DNA from: Candidatus Parcubacteria bacterium
GTDB lineage: Bacteria; Patescibacteriota; Minisyncoccia; Phycocordibacterales; UBA918
DNA length: 43,464 bases
Reading direction: 5' to 3'
Assembly (NCBI GenBank): GCA_046050355.1
Contig: JBJOPW010000009.1
Location: 1-43,464, forward strand
Each line of letters starts with the position of its first letter. Position 1 is the stretch's first letter. Below the pieces are notes generated by a model that was not told the DNA's origin, ran no database searches, and worked only from the letters and a program-made list of their open reading frames with translations. The translations under genes and the position numbers were made by a program. Below, in pieces: positions 18,086 through 27,610 of this stretch.

Positions 18086-18763
18086 CTACTTTTTGAGGTG
18101 ATGTTCAACCTGTAAATTTATAAAGAACTTCATCTTCAGAAGTAATATCGAGCTTCTCGGTACTTCGATACGGAGGCATCCTTTATAATTTGGTCGCTTT
18201 TTTATACCAAGACTCGTCGGTTTTATAATGGTTTTTCTAAATTGAGAGGTTGATACACCGAGATAGTGTTGCCACCACGATTCCAGATCTTGCTGTGCAT
18301 AAGGTGCATGTATATATAAACGAAAACCAAACTCATGCATTTGATATCCAGTGAAAGTTATTAACCACTTCAACATAAGTGCAATCATCGATTCATCAGA
18401 ATTAACAAACAAGAATTGATTACTTCGTTTTGCTCCCTCTGCCCAATATACAGCAACGCCTGTATGAAAAAGTGAATTATGACAGTGTCGGGAAAATTCT
18501 TTTTTTGTTTCTTCAAATAATCTTTGAATTTGCTCCTCTCGATGAATAAGTGCTATGCCAGCTGCCCTAATCCTTCCTTTACTTATGTTATCGTCTTTGC
18601 GTTGTTGTAAAATCTTTTTTTCACTTTTAGATAACGGTAGATCACGAAACCAAAGTGACAAAGAACTTTTAGCCACTGGCACGACTTTTTGAATTTCTTT
18701 ATACGTATAACCACGTTTGCGTAATTCTATGGCTTTCGCTTTTTGTTGAACCAAAGCTTTCAT
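18086..18763 (-). CDS. HTH + LAGLIDADG-like protein (tRNA-adjacent family)
   Basis: LRKRGYTYKEI..VAKSSLSLW; FHTGVAVYWAEG; NSDESMI; YKGCLRI. Confidence 0.8.
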   Translation of the reverse strand: MKALVQQKAKAIELRKRGYTYKEIQKVVPVAKSSLSLWFRDLPLSKSEKKILQQRKDDNISKGRIRAAGIALIHREEQIQRLFEETKKEFSRHCHNSLFHTGVAVYWAEGAKRSNQFLFVNSDESMIALMLKWLITFTGYQMHEFGFRLYIHAPYAQQDLESWWQHYLGVSTSQFRKTIIKPTSLGIKKRPNYKGCLRIEVPRSSILLLKMKFFINLQVEHHLKK

Positions 18764-18822
18764 ATCAGTATCATATCATATCTGTTCGAATGCGGGAGTG
18801 AGAATTTTGACCCAAAATTCAA

Positions 18823-19392
18823 TTAGCGAAGATTGAAATGCTGTAAGATGGCAGCAAAGACAAGGAGGCCGTCACTTTCGTCCTGGTATTTCTCGAGATG
18901 AAAGATGGTGCCGATTTGGGGCCGTGACTCATGGCCAAACATGAGGATACCCCGAGCTGAGGGCAATATCGGATAGAGCGGCGGCGCCACCGATTCAATA
19001 ATCCATTGATGACCTTCATAGAGACAAAGGGGTGACGGTAGACTAAAGGAGTTTTCTGGAATCGCGTTAGCAAAAAAGCCTTTTACTTTATTTTCAGGAC
19101 CAAGATGATGGAGCTTGCCACCGTAGGCCTCCACAATCAGCTCGGCACCGTAACAAATCCCCAAGAGTGGTTTCGTCTGCTCTGGTATCCAGGCGAGTAT
19201 TGACGCTAATTCAGTCCGAAAGTAGGGAATGGGACGATGATTGCTGCCAGTGAGCACGATGAGATCATGTGGTGCTTGTGGATACGTCCCCATTATCGTT
19301 GCCGCTCCGACCACCTCAACCTCATCGTAGGGGAACAAGGCTGCTATATGCTTGGGAAACCTAACACCGTTATTAACGATAAGCACACGCAT
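18823..19392 (-). CDS. Class I glutamine amidotransferase, stand-alone
   Basis: IVLTGS, PLLGICYG (nucleophile Cys), FHLE. Confidence 0.87.
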   Translation of the reverse strand: MRVLIVNNGVRFPKHIAALFPYDEVEVVGAATIMGTYPQAPHDLIVLTGSNHRPIPYFRTELASILAWIPEQTKPLLGICYGAELIVEAYGGKLHHLGPENKVKGFFANAIPENSFSLPSPLCLYEGHQWIIESVAPPLYPILPSARGILMFGHESRPQIGTIFHLEKYQDESDGLLVFAAILQHFNLR

Positions 19393-19458
19393 AGGGGTTC
19401 ACAGCAGTATAACGCAAAGCGGGCAAACGGGAGACTTTCTGCTACAATAGCCCTATCT

Positions 19459-20928
19459 ATGATTGAGACGACTGATATTCCCCTCGCAGTCCGGGCGGTT
19501 GCAGACAGACTGCGCAGTGCCGGCTATGACGCCTATCTCGTGGGTGGTTGTGTGCGTGACCTCCTCCTCGGCAAAACCCCAAAAGACTGGGATTTTACGA
19601 CCGATGCCGTACCTGAAGCGATTATTTCCTTATTTGAAGACAGCTTTTGTAATAACGACTACGGAACCGTCGGAGTTAAAACTGATAGTGAAGACCTGCG
19701 GCTCGCGGTCATTGAAGTCACCCCATACCGCAGCGAAGGGGAGTATAGTGATGCACGTCGGCCAGACTCGGTCACCTTTGGGGTGTCGCTTGAGGAAGAC
19801 CTGGCCCGGCGGGACTTTACGGTAAATGCTATCGCCTTACGCCCCCACGACCTCGCTATTATTGATCACTACCAGGGACTGGAGGATCTCCGCGCCAAGC
19901 GCTTACGGGCGGTCGGCGACCCCAACGAACGTTTTGCTGAGGATGCACTCCGTATGATGCGAGCGGTACGCCTCGCCGCCCAGCTTGGTTTTACCATTGA
20001 TAGCGAGACGATGCAGGGTATTTTTGCTAATCGTGAACGTCTCGGACAGATTGCCATCGAACGTATCAGTACCGAGTTCCAAAAGCTGGTTTTATCTGAG
20101 ACTCCGATGCAGGGGATTGGTTTCCTCGAGAAACTGGGGTTATTGCCGTACATCCTGCCTGAAATTGAAGCAGCAATTGGCTGCGAGCAGGGTGGTATCC
20201 ACGCGTACGATGTCTACGAGCACCTCCTCCGGACACTCCAAGCGGCAGCGGACAAAGGTTATAGCCTTGAAATGCGCCTCGCCGCTCTCCTCCATGACAT
20301 CGGTAAGCCAGCGACCAAACGCACCGGTGGCAAAAATAAGCTCTACACCTTCTTTGGCCATGAGGTGGTCGGTGCTCGTATGACCAAAAGCATCTTAGAG
20401 CGCCTCAAAATGCCGCGCGAAACCATCGATACGGTCGAGAATCTCGTGCGTTGGCATATGTTTTTTGCCGACACCGAAGAAATCACCCTCGCAGCGGTCC
20501 GTCGGACCATTACCCGAGTAGGGGAAGATCAGATTGAAAACCTCCTCAACCTCCGTGTCTGCGACCGCATTGGTACTGGACGGCCAAAAGAGCAGCCATT
20601 TCGCTTCCGCAAATACAAAGCCATGGTGGACGAGGCCCTGCGTGACCCAATATCAGTTAAAATGCTCAAGATGGATGGGACCCGAATTATGGCGCTCACT
20701 GGGGAAAAGCCGGGGAAAAAGCTTGGATATATACTGCATGCACTACTCGAAGAGGTGTTGGTAGACCCAGGGAAAAATAGTGAAGAATATCTGGATAACC
20801 GTGTCAAAGAGTTGATTTTACTTGATGAAACGGCACTCAAAGCACTCGGTGACGCCGGTAAAGACAAACAGGCTGAGGAGGAAGCCGCGGCACTCAAAGC
20901 CATCGCCCGGGAACACAAGGTCGGGTAA
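19459..20928 (+). CDS. cca: CCA tRNA nucleotidyltransferase with HD domain
   Basis: VGGCVRD, DWDFTT, DLARRDFTVNA, RFAEDALR, LLHDIGK. PAP versus CCA specificity is not provable by eye, but the tRNAs here lack encoded CCA. Confidence 0.9.
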   Translation: MIETTDIPLAVRAVADRLRSAGYDAYLVGGCVRDLLLGKTPKDWDFTTDAVPEAIISLFEDSFCNNDYGTVGVKTDSEDLRLAVIEVTPYRSEGEYSDARRPDSVTFGVSLEEDLARRDFTVNAIALRPHDLAIIDHYQGLEDLRAKRLRAVGDPNERFAEDALRMMRAVRLAAQLGFTIDSETMQGIFANRERLGQIAIERISTEFQKLVLSETPMQGIGFLEKLGLLPYILPEIEAAIGCEQGGIHAYDVYEHLLRTLQAAADKGYSLEMRLAALLHDIGKPATKRTGGKNKLYTFFGHEVVGARMTKSILERLKMPRETIDTVENLVRWHMFFADTEEITLAAVRRTITRVGEDQIENLLNLRVCDRIGTGRPKEQPFRFRKYKAMVDEALRDPISVKMLKMDGTRIMALTGEKPGKKLGYILHALLEEVLVDPGKNSEEYLDNRVKELILLDETALKALGDAGKDKQAEEEAAALKAIAREHKVG

Positions 20929-20934
20929 ACAGTT

Positions 20935-21345
20935 ATGTATCAGATACCGGTAGAGATTAAGGCATCAAAAATTAACGGTCAGGGTGTCTTTGCACTCAGC
21001 CTGATACCCAAAGGGACACTGGTATGGATATTTGATGAAAACCACGACAAAACTTTAGTAAAGGAAGATTTTGATAAACTTTCACCTGAGGAGCAGTTAG
21101 CACTACGCCGTGTGGCATATTTATCGGCCACAACAGGAAGATGGGTATACCCACCAGAAAATGACCCGGCTTTATATACAAATCATTCACCGGACAATAA
21201 CATTTCTGTCGCATTTGATAAAAACCTCTCTCAGGAGCCGTTTTTTGTAGCCAACCAAGATATAAGTATCGGGGAGGAAATTACAAACAATTATCATGAG
21301 TTTGATAGTTTAGCATCACAATCAAAACAGACTTGGTTACAATAA
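20935..21345 (+). CDS. SET-domain protein
   Basis: SKINGQGVFA, YTNHSPDNN, DISIGEEITNNY. Confidence 0.92.
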   Translation: MYQIPVEIKASKINGQGVFALSLIPKGTLVWIFDENHDKTLVKEDFDKLSPEEQLALRRVAYLSATTGRWVYPPENDPALYTNHSPDNNISVAFDKNLSQEPFFVANQDISIGEEITNNYHEFDSLASQSKQTWLQ

Positions 21346-21359
21346 GTTGTTGGGGAGGG

Positions 21360-21391
21360 GAAAGGCTGGGGTTATGCACTCCCAGCCTTTT
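21360..21391. terminator. Terminator after cca-SET
   Basis: AAAGGCTGGG/CCCAGCCTTT followed by T. Confidence 0.65.
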
Positions 21392-22243
21392 CTAAACAAA
21401 AAGTAATGGGTCGCTTCGGAATTTTGGGGTTATTTTTCAAAGCCAAGCGAAGGAAATCGCCATTTTGACGAAGGAGGTGTATAAAATGGATTTTTGGATG
21501 AGGATTTTTTGAGACAGAAACTAATGCTGGACTGAAAGTAAAATGTGATTTTTAGCCTCAATATTGGATGCAGGGGTTTTGGAAACTAGGGCGACAGCGA
21601 CGAGGTGTATATAGACATACATTGAGGAGCGGGAATCCCTAGTTTGCGGAAGCACTGCGCCAATAGTGAGTGATAAAATAGAAAAAGGCCTTGGGAGATC
21701 GTAAGTCGAAGTAATATTTCAACTGCCGATGCCCCAAGACCTTTTATCGAGCTTTGGTTATTGAGACTAAGTCTCAGTTTGGAGTTACATAGGTGTAATC
21801 TGACCAAAAATTAAGCTCTTATAAAATGAGAAATCAATGTTACTTGCATATACCAGCGTAAGTCCATCTCAGCCGACCTTCGCTAATCATGTAAGAAGAT
21901 TTCTCTGTGGTTGGATCTTCTTTTTGTGCGTTAGAATTTTTTTGGAGGTAATTCTTTTTTTACAATGTACTCTTTACGGGGTGCCTCCAGGGTTCGAATC
22001 GTAATGTCTTTTATGAACCGAACTCTGGAGACTCCTGCGCGCCCTCTCTGGGCCTACCTGTATAGTATGTCCTTTATAGATTGTCGTAAAGGACAACACG
22101 GTGGATATCTGTGGATTGGTGAAAACAATTTGTCCTTTATAAAGGACAGGCCTTCTCAATACTAAAATTGCCCTTACAAAATAAGGGTAATTTTCACACT
22201 CATGAGTCTATATTGACAATCTCAGGTTGTGTATTCTTATTTT

Positions 22244-23053
22244 CTATTCATTTGACAGTGGTATGGTGAGCTCTACCGATACCGGACAATGGTCAGAGCC
22301 AAACACTAATGGATGTATCCGTGCCGACTTGAGGTGAAGGACTAATTCGGGGGAACACATCACATAGTCAATCCGCCAGCCGACATTACGTTCACGGGCG
22401 CCACCCCAGTGTGACCACCAGGTGTACTGGCCTCCTTCCTCGGGGTGGAGGTGACGGAAGGTATCAATGAAGCCAGCCTCGAGCATGGCGTCGAAGCCGG
22501 CGCGTTCCTCCTTGGTGAACCCTTTTTTGCCGTCGTTCTCTTTAGGTCGGGCGAGGTCAAGGGCTGTGTGTGCCACATTAAAGTCACCGCAGTAGATAAG
22601 TGGCTTTTCTGTCGCCAACCGTTTCATGTACATAAGGAAGGCTGGGTCCCAAGCCTGCCGCATCTGGATACGGGAAAGGTCGTCTTTGGCATTTGGGGTA
22701 TAAACCGTACTAACAAAAAAGCCTTCAAATTCAAGGGTGACTATCCGTCCTTCAGTAGTCGTGTCACCGTAGGAGTCTGTGAGGGCAAACTGGCCCGCTA
22801 TATCGGCCGGTAAACCGTAAAACACCGAAATGGGACTTATTTTGGTGAAAATCGCCGTGCCGGAGTAGCCCTTTTTCTCGGCACTACACCAGTATTCTTC
22901 ATATTCCCCAAGGTCTAGCTCGGTCTGTTCACGCTGTGCCTTGGTTTCCTGTAAGCAGAGGATATCGGGGTCATGTTCGGCCAAAAACCTTTGTAAATCA
23001 CCTTTTTTGTGTACCGCACGGATGCCATTTACGTTCCAGGAGTATAGTTTCAT
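22244..23053 (-). CDS. xth: Exodeoxyribonuclease III / AP endonuclease
   Basis: SWNVNG, LQETK, GDFNVAH, GWRIDY, SDHCP. Confidence 0.97.
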   Translation of the reverse strand: MKLYSWNVNGIRAVHKKGDLQRFLAEHDPDILCLQETKAQREQTELDLGEYEEYWCSAEKKGYSGTAIFTKISPISVFYGLPADIAGQFALTDSYGDTTTEGRIVTLEFEGFFVSTVYTPNAKDDLSRIQMRQAWDPAFLMYMKRLATEKPLIYCGDFNVAHTALDLARPKENDGKKGFTKEERAGFDAMLEAGFIDTFRHLHPEEGGQYTWWSHWGGARERNVGWRIDYVMCSPELVLHLKSARIHPLVFGSDHCPVSVELTIPLSNE

Positions 23054-23296
23054 ACGTCGTTGAGACTATCCTATCATATATATGTAGCCGTGAAACACGT
23101 TTCCTTTTGGTCACTATCGGCATGACGACATCAAACAGCGCCGCACAGCCGTTCCCTATAATACAGCGCTTGGACGCAGTGGCTTGTATTTATCTATATA
23201 TGTGCTTTAATAGAACCAGCGAAACTAAAACTCCTTGAGGCAAGGACAACGTTGATCAGGTGTAGTGACGTTTTGTTTAAAAAATAAATAAATAAT

Positions 23297-23494
23297 ATGA
23301 CAGGTTCAATCGTACGTAAGACTGATAAGGGCTTCGGCTTTATCAAGCCTGACGACGGCGGGAAAGATGTATTCTTCCATGCCCAAAATGTAGTAGACGG
23401 ATTGTTTGATGAACTCGCTGAAGGTGAAAAGGTTACCTTTGAAATTGAGCAGGGTCCAAAAGGTCCAGCTGCCAAGGACGTTCGTCGTGCATAA
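23297..23494 (+). CDS. csp: Cold-shock protein
   Basis: KGFGFI (RNP1), DVFFH (RNP2), GPKGPAA. Confidence 0.95.
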   Translation: MTGSIVRKTDKGFGFIKPDDGGKDVFFHAQNVVDGLFDELAEGEKVTFEIEQGPKGPAAKDVRRA

Positions 23495-23519
23495 GTGTTG
23501 ATTCCAATCAACCTCATAC

Positions 23520-23552
23520 CACAAAATGCCACCAAACTGGTGGCATTTTGTG
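23520..23552. terminator. Terminator after csp
   Basis: CACAAAATGCCACCA/TGGTGGCATTTTGTG. Confidence 0.8.
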
Positions 23553-23597
23553 TATACAATACATATATATGAACGTACTGCGGTATACTAATAGCGT

Positions 23598-23984
23598 ATG
23601 TTCTTCGGACTCATGGGCGAGTATTATCGTTGGCATTACACCAATGCTCTCATAGTATATCTTCGTATACTTAAAAACTTTTGGTGGTTTATTGTAGCCT
23701 ATTTTTCTATACCCTTACTCATAAAAACACTTTTTGTTCCGTACAAAAGAATGACTGAGAGTTCAACACGAACCATCAGTTCTTGGCTCGAAGCACGTGT
23801 CATGAATACGCTGTCTCGTTTGGTTGGATTGCTCGTCCGCAGCTGTCTCCTGATCACCGGCTTGATTAGCCTCGGCGCCCTTATCGGTATCGGTGTTTGT
23901 GGGTACATGATTTGGTTAGGGTTACCCATACTCACGATACTCCTTGGTATCTACGGTGGGGTGGTACTTATGGTTGCTCTGTAA
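23598..23984 (+). CDS. Small membrane protein coupled to the Clp-like ATPase
   Basis: WHY..A...FSIPLL..TLF.PYKR motif, TM helices; 1 nt gap to the next gene. Confidence 0.8.
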   Translation: MFFGLMGEYYRWHYTNALIVYLRILKNFWWFIVAYFSIPLLIKTLFVPYKRMTESSTRTISSWLEARVMNTLSRLVGLLVRSCLLITGLISLGALIGIGVCGYMIWLGLPILTILLGIYGGVVLMVAL

Positions 23985-23985
23985 T

Positions 23986-26403
23986 ATGGCTCCTCTCATT
24001 TCCCCACAGCACCAAGCGGTGATTAGATTGGAAACCTATTTTCCTCGTTTTAAGCAAGATCATTGGCGGGGTGTTTGTTTACTCCTAGCCGTTCTCACTA
24101 CTGGTTTTTTATTTGCGAATCAGCAGTACGGACTCTGGGTCGAAAACGAAATACCAATTGGTATTTTGTGTATCGTACTGACTCTCTATATTGATTTATT
24201 GGCGATTCGTCTATTCTCAAACGCTACGTATTACGCCGGTCTCAACTCAATAACCGGCAGCGGTAATTATGAACGTCACGGTTTTACCTACGACGCCATG
24301 ACAGTGCTCTATCATGGACAAGATGATCTCACGGGAGCATTTCTTGAATCATCATTTGGTCAACACATCTATATTCGTGCTGAATTAAGCAAACCACTTG
24401 TAATGCAATGGCTTACGAGTAACCGGCTCTGTATTAAAAGTACTGTTATTAGCCCAGTATCAAATCGATCAACGACGCTTATCGATATTGTGCAAGCAAT
24501 CATGACTCATGATAGTGGTTTTGTCACATTCATGAAATCACACGGCGTGACCAATGACACACTCCTCGGAGCCGCCCACTTAGTCATGGGCCATTACTAC
24601 CAAATCAAACGACAGGAACGCTGGTGGAGTCGTGATGTTCTCGGTCGTCGAGGATCGCTCGGTCGTGAACTGACACTGGGGGCGTGGCGTGATTATGTCC
24701 CCTACACGAAACCAGTAACAACCAACGTGACCGCACCAAATGAATTTGAACAACACTATCTCAATTTCCTTCACTCAATTTTACAATCACGACGTGATAG
24801 TAACATCCTCTTAATTGCCCCTGATACTGACATTAACCGTATGTTGATCGAAAAATTGCAACATTCGTTTATTGTCGGAACGGCGCTTGGATCAATTAAT
24901 ACTATGAGTATCATGACTATTGATCATGACGCTTTGTTATTTGAGAACGGAACCACCATTGACGTTGAGTCTGCCCTGCGGAGGGTATTAACAGAAGCCA
25001 GTGACGCTGGAAATATGATAATTGTGCTCGACGAGTTAGAAGGAGTAGCGGCACGGTATGCTACAAAGGGAGTCCTCTTTACTCATATTATTGAAGAGTT
25101 TTTAACCGCCAACCGTATCCACGTAATCATTACTAGTACCTCAACTACCTATCCAAATCTCAAACGCACCGAATTGCCACTGGTGAAACGATGCGAGGAA
25201 GTAGTAGTTGAGGCGCTCACAGAAGAGACTTTACTTCGCTATCTCACCACATATATTTATAGCATTGAAGCTACCATGAAGACCGTCTTCAGCTACCATG
25301 CACTAACCGCCATCACAAAAACCGTTTATGCCTACGATGTGCCACTCGGCGCTCGTGTCCAAGAAATCGCTTCGACCATTGCCCGTGAGTATGCCAACCA
25401 ACCAATTATCACACATGATATGGCGGAGCGGAGCCTCGGCAACCTACTTGATCTCCCCATTGGACCGTTAACTGAAAACGAACGCGACATACTGTTGTCG
25501 ATTGAAAGAATTATGCAACAAGAAGTCGTGGGGCAGAGTCGCGCTATCAATGCCATTGGCATTGCCCTGAGACGTACACGAGCGTCACTCATTGATACTA
25601 CGCAACCGCAAGCCTCATTTCTATTTTTAGGCCCGAGTGGGGTCGGTAAAACAGAAACAGCCAAAACTCTTGCTAAAGTATATTTTGGTAACGAAACTGC
25701 AATGCTCAGATTTGATATGTCAGAGTTCGCAGATCATGAAGCGCTTAGTCGACTCATCGGTAGTGAAACCCACCCGAGTTTTTTCGAATCACAGTTGCAA
25801 ATGCATCCCCGAGGAATCATTCTTTTTGATGAGTTTGAAAAAGCACATACTGACGTCCAAGCGATCTGCCTACAACTCCTCGATGAAGGGCAGATAACCA
25901 CCTATAGTGGAGCAGTCTTACGTTTTCGACCCTATATCATCATTGCCACGAGCAATGCCGGGAGTGATTTGATTGCCCGCACACGAGACAAACGAACCGA
26001 TAGTCCTACCCTTGATAGTGATATCATCGCCCATATCATTCGAACACGAGCGCTGACACCGGAACTCATTGGACGGTTTACTGATGTCATACTCTTTGAT
26101 GCACTCACCACACAAGAAGAAGTAACTATTGCACACCAACTTATTACTGCTCTGGGACTGCGAGTCCGCGAACGAGGCTTTGCCCTAAGTGTCGAACCAA
26201 CTGTGCCGGACCTGATCGTCGAGCAATATCACAATAGTCAATTTGGCGCCCGAACAATTCGACATGCCATTGAACACGTACTTGAAGATATTATTGCCAC
26301 ACATATCATTCGTGGCGACGTTAAACCAGGTGACACGATATTTATCACCAAGGAAGATTTACCACGGAGCACTCGTGGAGATGGTAGCCTCGTACTATAC
26401 TAG
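23986..26403 (+). CDS. Membrane-anchored ClpA/ClpB-like AAA+ ATPase with degenerate NBD1
   Basis: Two N-terminal TMs; NBD2 FLFLGPSGVGKT, RFDMSEF, LFDEFEKAH, IIATSN, FGAR; NBD1 Walker A lost. Confidence 0.88.
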   Translation: MAPLISPQHQAVIRLETYFPRFKQDHWRGVCLLLAVLTTGFLFANQQYGLWVENEIPIGILCIVLTLYIDLLAIRLFSNATYYAGLNSITGSGNYERHGFTYDAMTVLYHGQDDLTGAFLESSFGQHIYIRAELSKPLVMQWLTSNRLCIKSTVISPVSNRSTTLIDIVQAIMTHDSGFVTFMKSHGVTNDTLLGAAHLVMGHYYQIKRQERWWSRDVLGRRGSLGRELTLGAWRDYVPYTKPVTTNVTAPNEFEQHYLNFLHSILQSRRDSNILLIAPDTDINRMLIEKLQHSFIVGTALGSINTMSIMTIDHDALLFENGTTIDVESALRRVLTEASDAGNMIIVLDELEGVAARYATKGVLFTHIIEEFLTANRIHVIITSTSTTYPNLKRTELPLVKRCEEVVVEALTEETLLRYLTTYIYSIEATMKTVFSYHALTAITKTVYAYDVPLGARVQEIASTIAREYANQPIITHDMAERSLGNLLDLPIGPLTENERDILLSIERIMQQEVVGQSRAINAIGIALRRTRASLIDTTQPQASFLFLGPSGVGKTETAKTLAKVYFGNETAMLRFDMSEFADHEALSRLIGSETHPSFFESQLQMHPRGIILFDEFEKAHTDVQAICLQLLDEGQITTYSGAVLRFRPYIIIATSNAGSDLIARTRDKRTDSPTLDSDIIAHIIRTRALTPELIGRFTDVILFDALTTQEEVTIAHQLITALGLRVRERGFALSVEPTVPDLIVEQYHNSQFGARTIRHAIEHVLEDIIATHIIRGDVKPGDTIFITKEDLPRSTRGDGSLVLY

Positions 26404-26447
26404 GGTCATAATTAGTGATCATTAATCTGATCATGTAACTATTCACT

Positions 26448-26804
26448 ATGCCTCCATCAAATCAAACGTCGCCAGCTCCAACCCCACACCAATCAATCCG
26501 GGCAACGGAACACTCTTAGGTATTCTCGCGCACTTAGGACCACTCGTGGTTATGGTATCTCGTCGGAAAAGATAATTCATTTGTGCAGTATCACACCAAA
26601 CAGGGAATAGTCATGTTTGGTGTTGAACTCGCTATCTATGTACTCTCAATATTTAGGATGTCGAGTTTCATCATTCTGCCAATAATTTCACTCGGTAACC
26701 TTGGGTGCTTGATACTGACCATCGTCGGCATAGTTCGGGTGGTGCAACATGAAGAGAAACCGTTTCCTCACATTAGGAGTCTCGCCACCCACGCACCATT
26801 CTAG
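26448..26804 (+). pseudogene. DUF4870-like membrane protein pseudogene
   Basis: Segments MPPSNQ.., GTLLGILAHLGPLVV and YLVGKDNSFVQYHTKQG..KPFP require two frameshifts to join. Confidence 0.7.
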
Positions 26805-26911
26805 ACAACGCGACGTGCCATATGTATCGTTTGCAAAAACGCCCAAACCGGGCGCTTTTTGCACTCCCGAGCTTGTCCAAATATCAAACAGGGGTTGTAT
26901 ACTATATGAAC

Positions 26912-27610
26912 ATGAAAACCACATCTTACGCTCAGTTACTTCGTTATCTTCGTACCGAACGAAATATATCTCAGTCCACAGTCGCCAAACAATTGTCGTT
27001 GTCGCGAACCTCGTATCTTGGTCTTGAACACGGTACTCGTGAGTTAACATTAACCGAAGCGCTGGCAATCACCAACTTCTATGGCATTACCCTTGACGAT
27101 CTTATTCACAACAATAAACCTGATCGTGAGCGATACAAAATGATGATCTTGGCAGTACTTCGTTTTGCAAAGACTGAAGGAGTTGTGCTCAAAAAAACAA
27201 AACTGGCGTGCCTGTTATACCTAGCAGACATGAGAAACTATTACGACACCAAGAAGAGTATGAGTGGTCTGACGTATCAAAAAGGAAACTTCGGTCCGAT
27301 CACAAATACGTATCACCAACTCCTTGACGACATGGAACGAGGAGGGGAGATTATCATCACACAAATACTTCGCGATGACTACCATATGTACGAACTGAAA
27401 GAAAGTCGAGGGAGCCTACGACGAAAAATTACCCTCCTCAATCAAAAAGAACTTGGTCGTCTTGAAGCTCTCACTAAGGCCTGGAGTCATGCAGCAACGG
27501 CAGAGTTACAACAGTTCATACTGTCACAGCGACCAAGCAGTGAAACTGCCATCGGGAGCACTATCGACTATTCGTTGATTCTCACCGAGGAGCCCCATTT
27601 GGTCTCATGA
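26912..27610 (+). CDS. XRE-HTH + DUF4065 (Panacea/SocA-like) antitoxin-domain protein
   Basis: LRTERNISQSTVAKQL..LEHG; KTKLACLLYLAD...SGLTYQK..FGP. Start 26906 or 26912. Confidence 0.85.
   Translation: MKTTSYAQLLRYLRTERNISQSTVAKQLSLSRTSYLGLEHGTRELTLTEALAITNFYGITLDDLIHNNKPDRERYKMMILAVLRFAKTEGVVLKKTKLACLLYLADMRNYYDTKKSMSGLTYQKGNFGPITNTYHQLLDDMERGGEIIITQILRDDYHMYELKESRGSLRRKITLLNQKELGRLEALTKAWSHAATAELQQFILSQRPSSETAIGSTIDYSLILTEEPHLVS

Noticed and set aside
21978-22037. GGTTCGAATC as a tRNA or tmRNA fragment
   Set aside because: No closing T-stem or cloverleaf; the bases pair in a different long hairpin.
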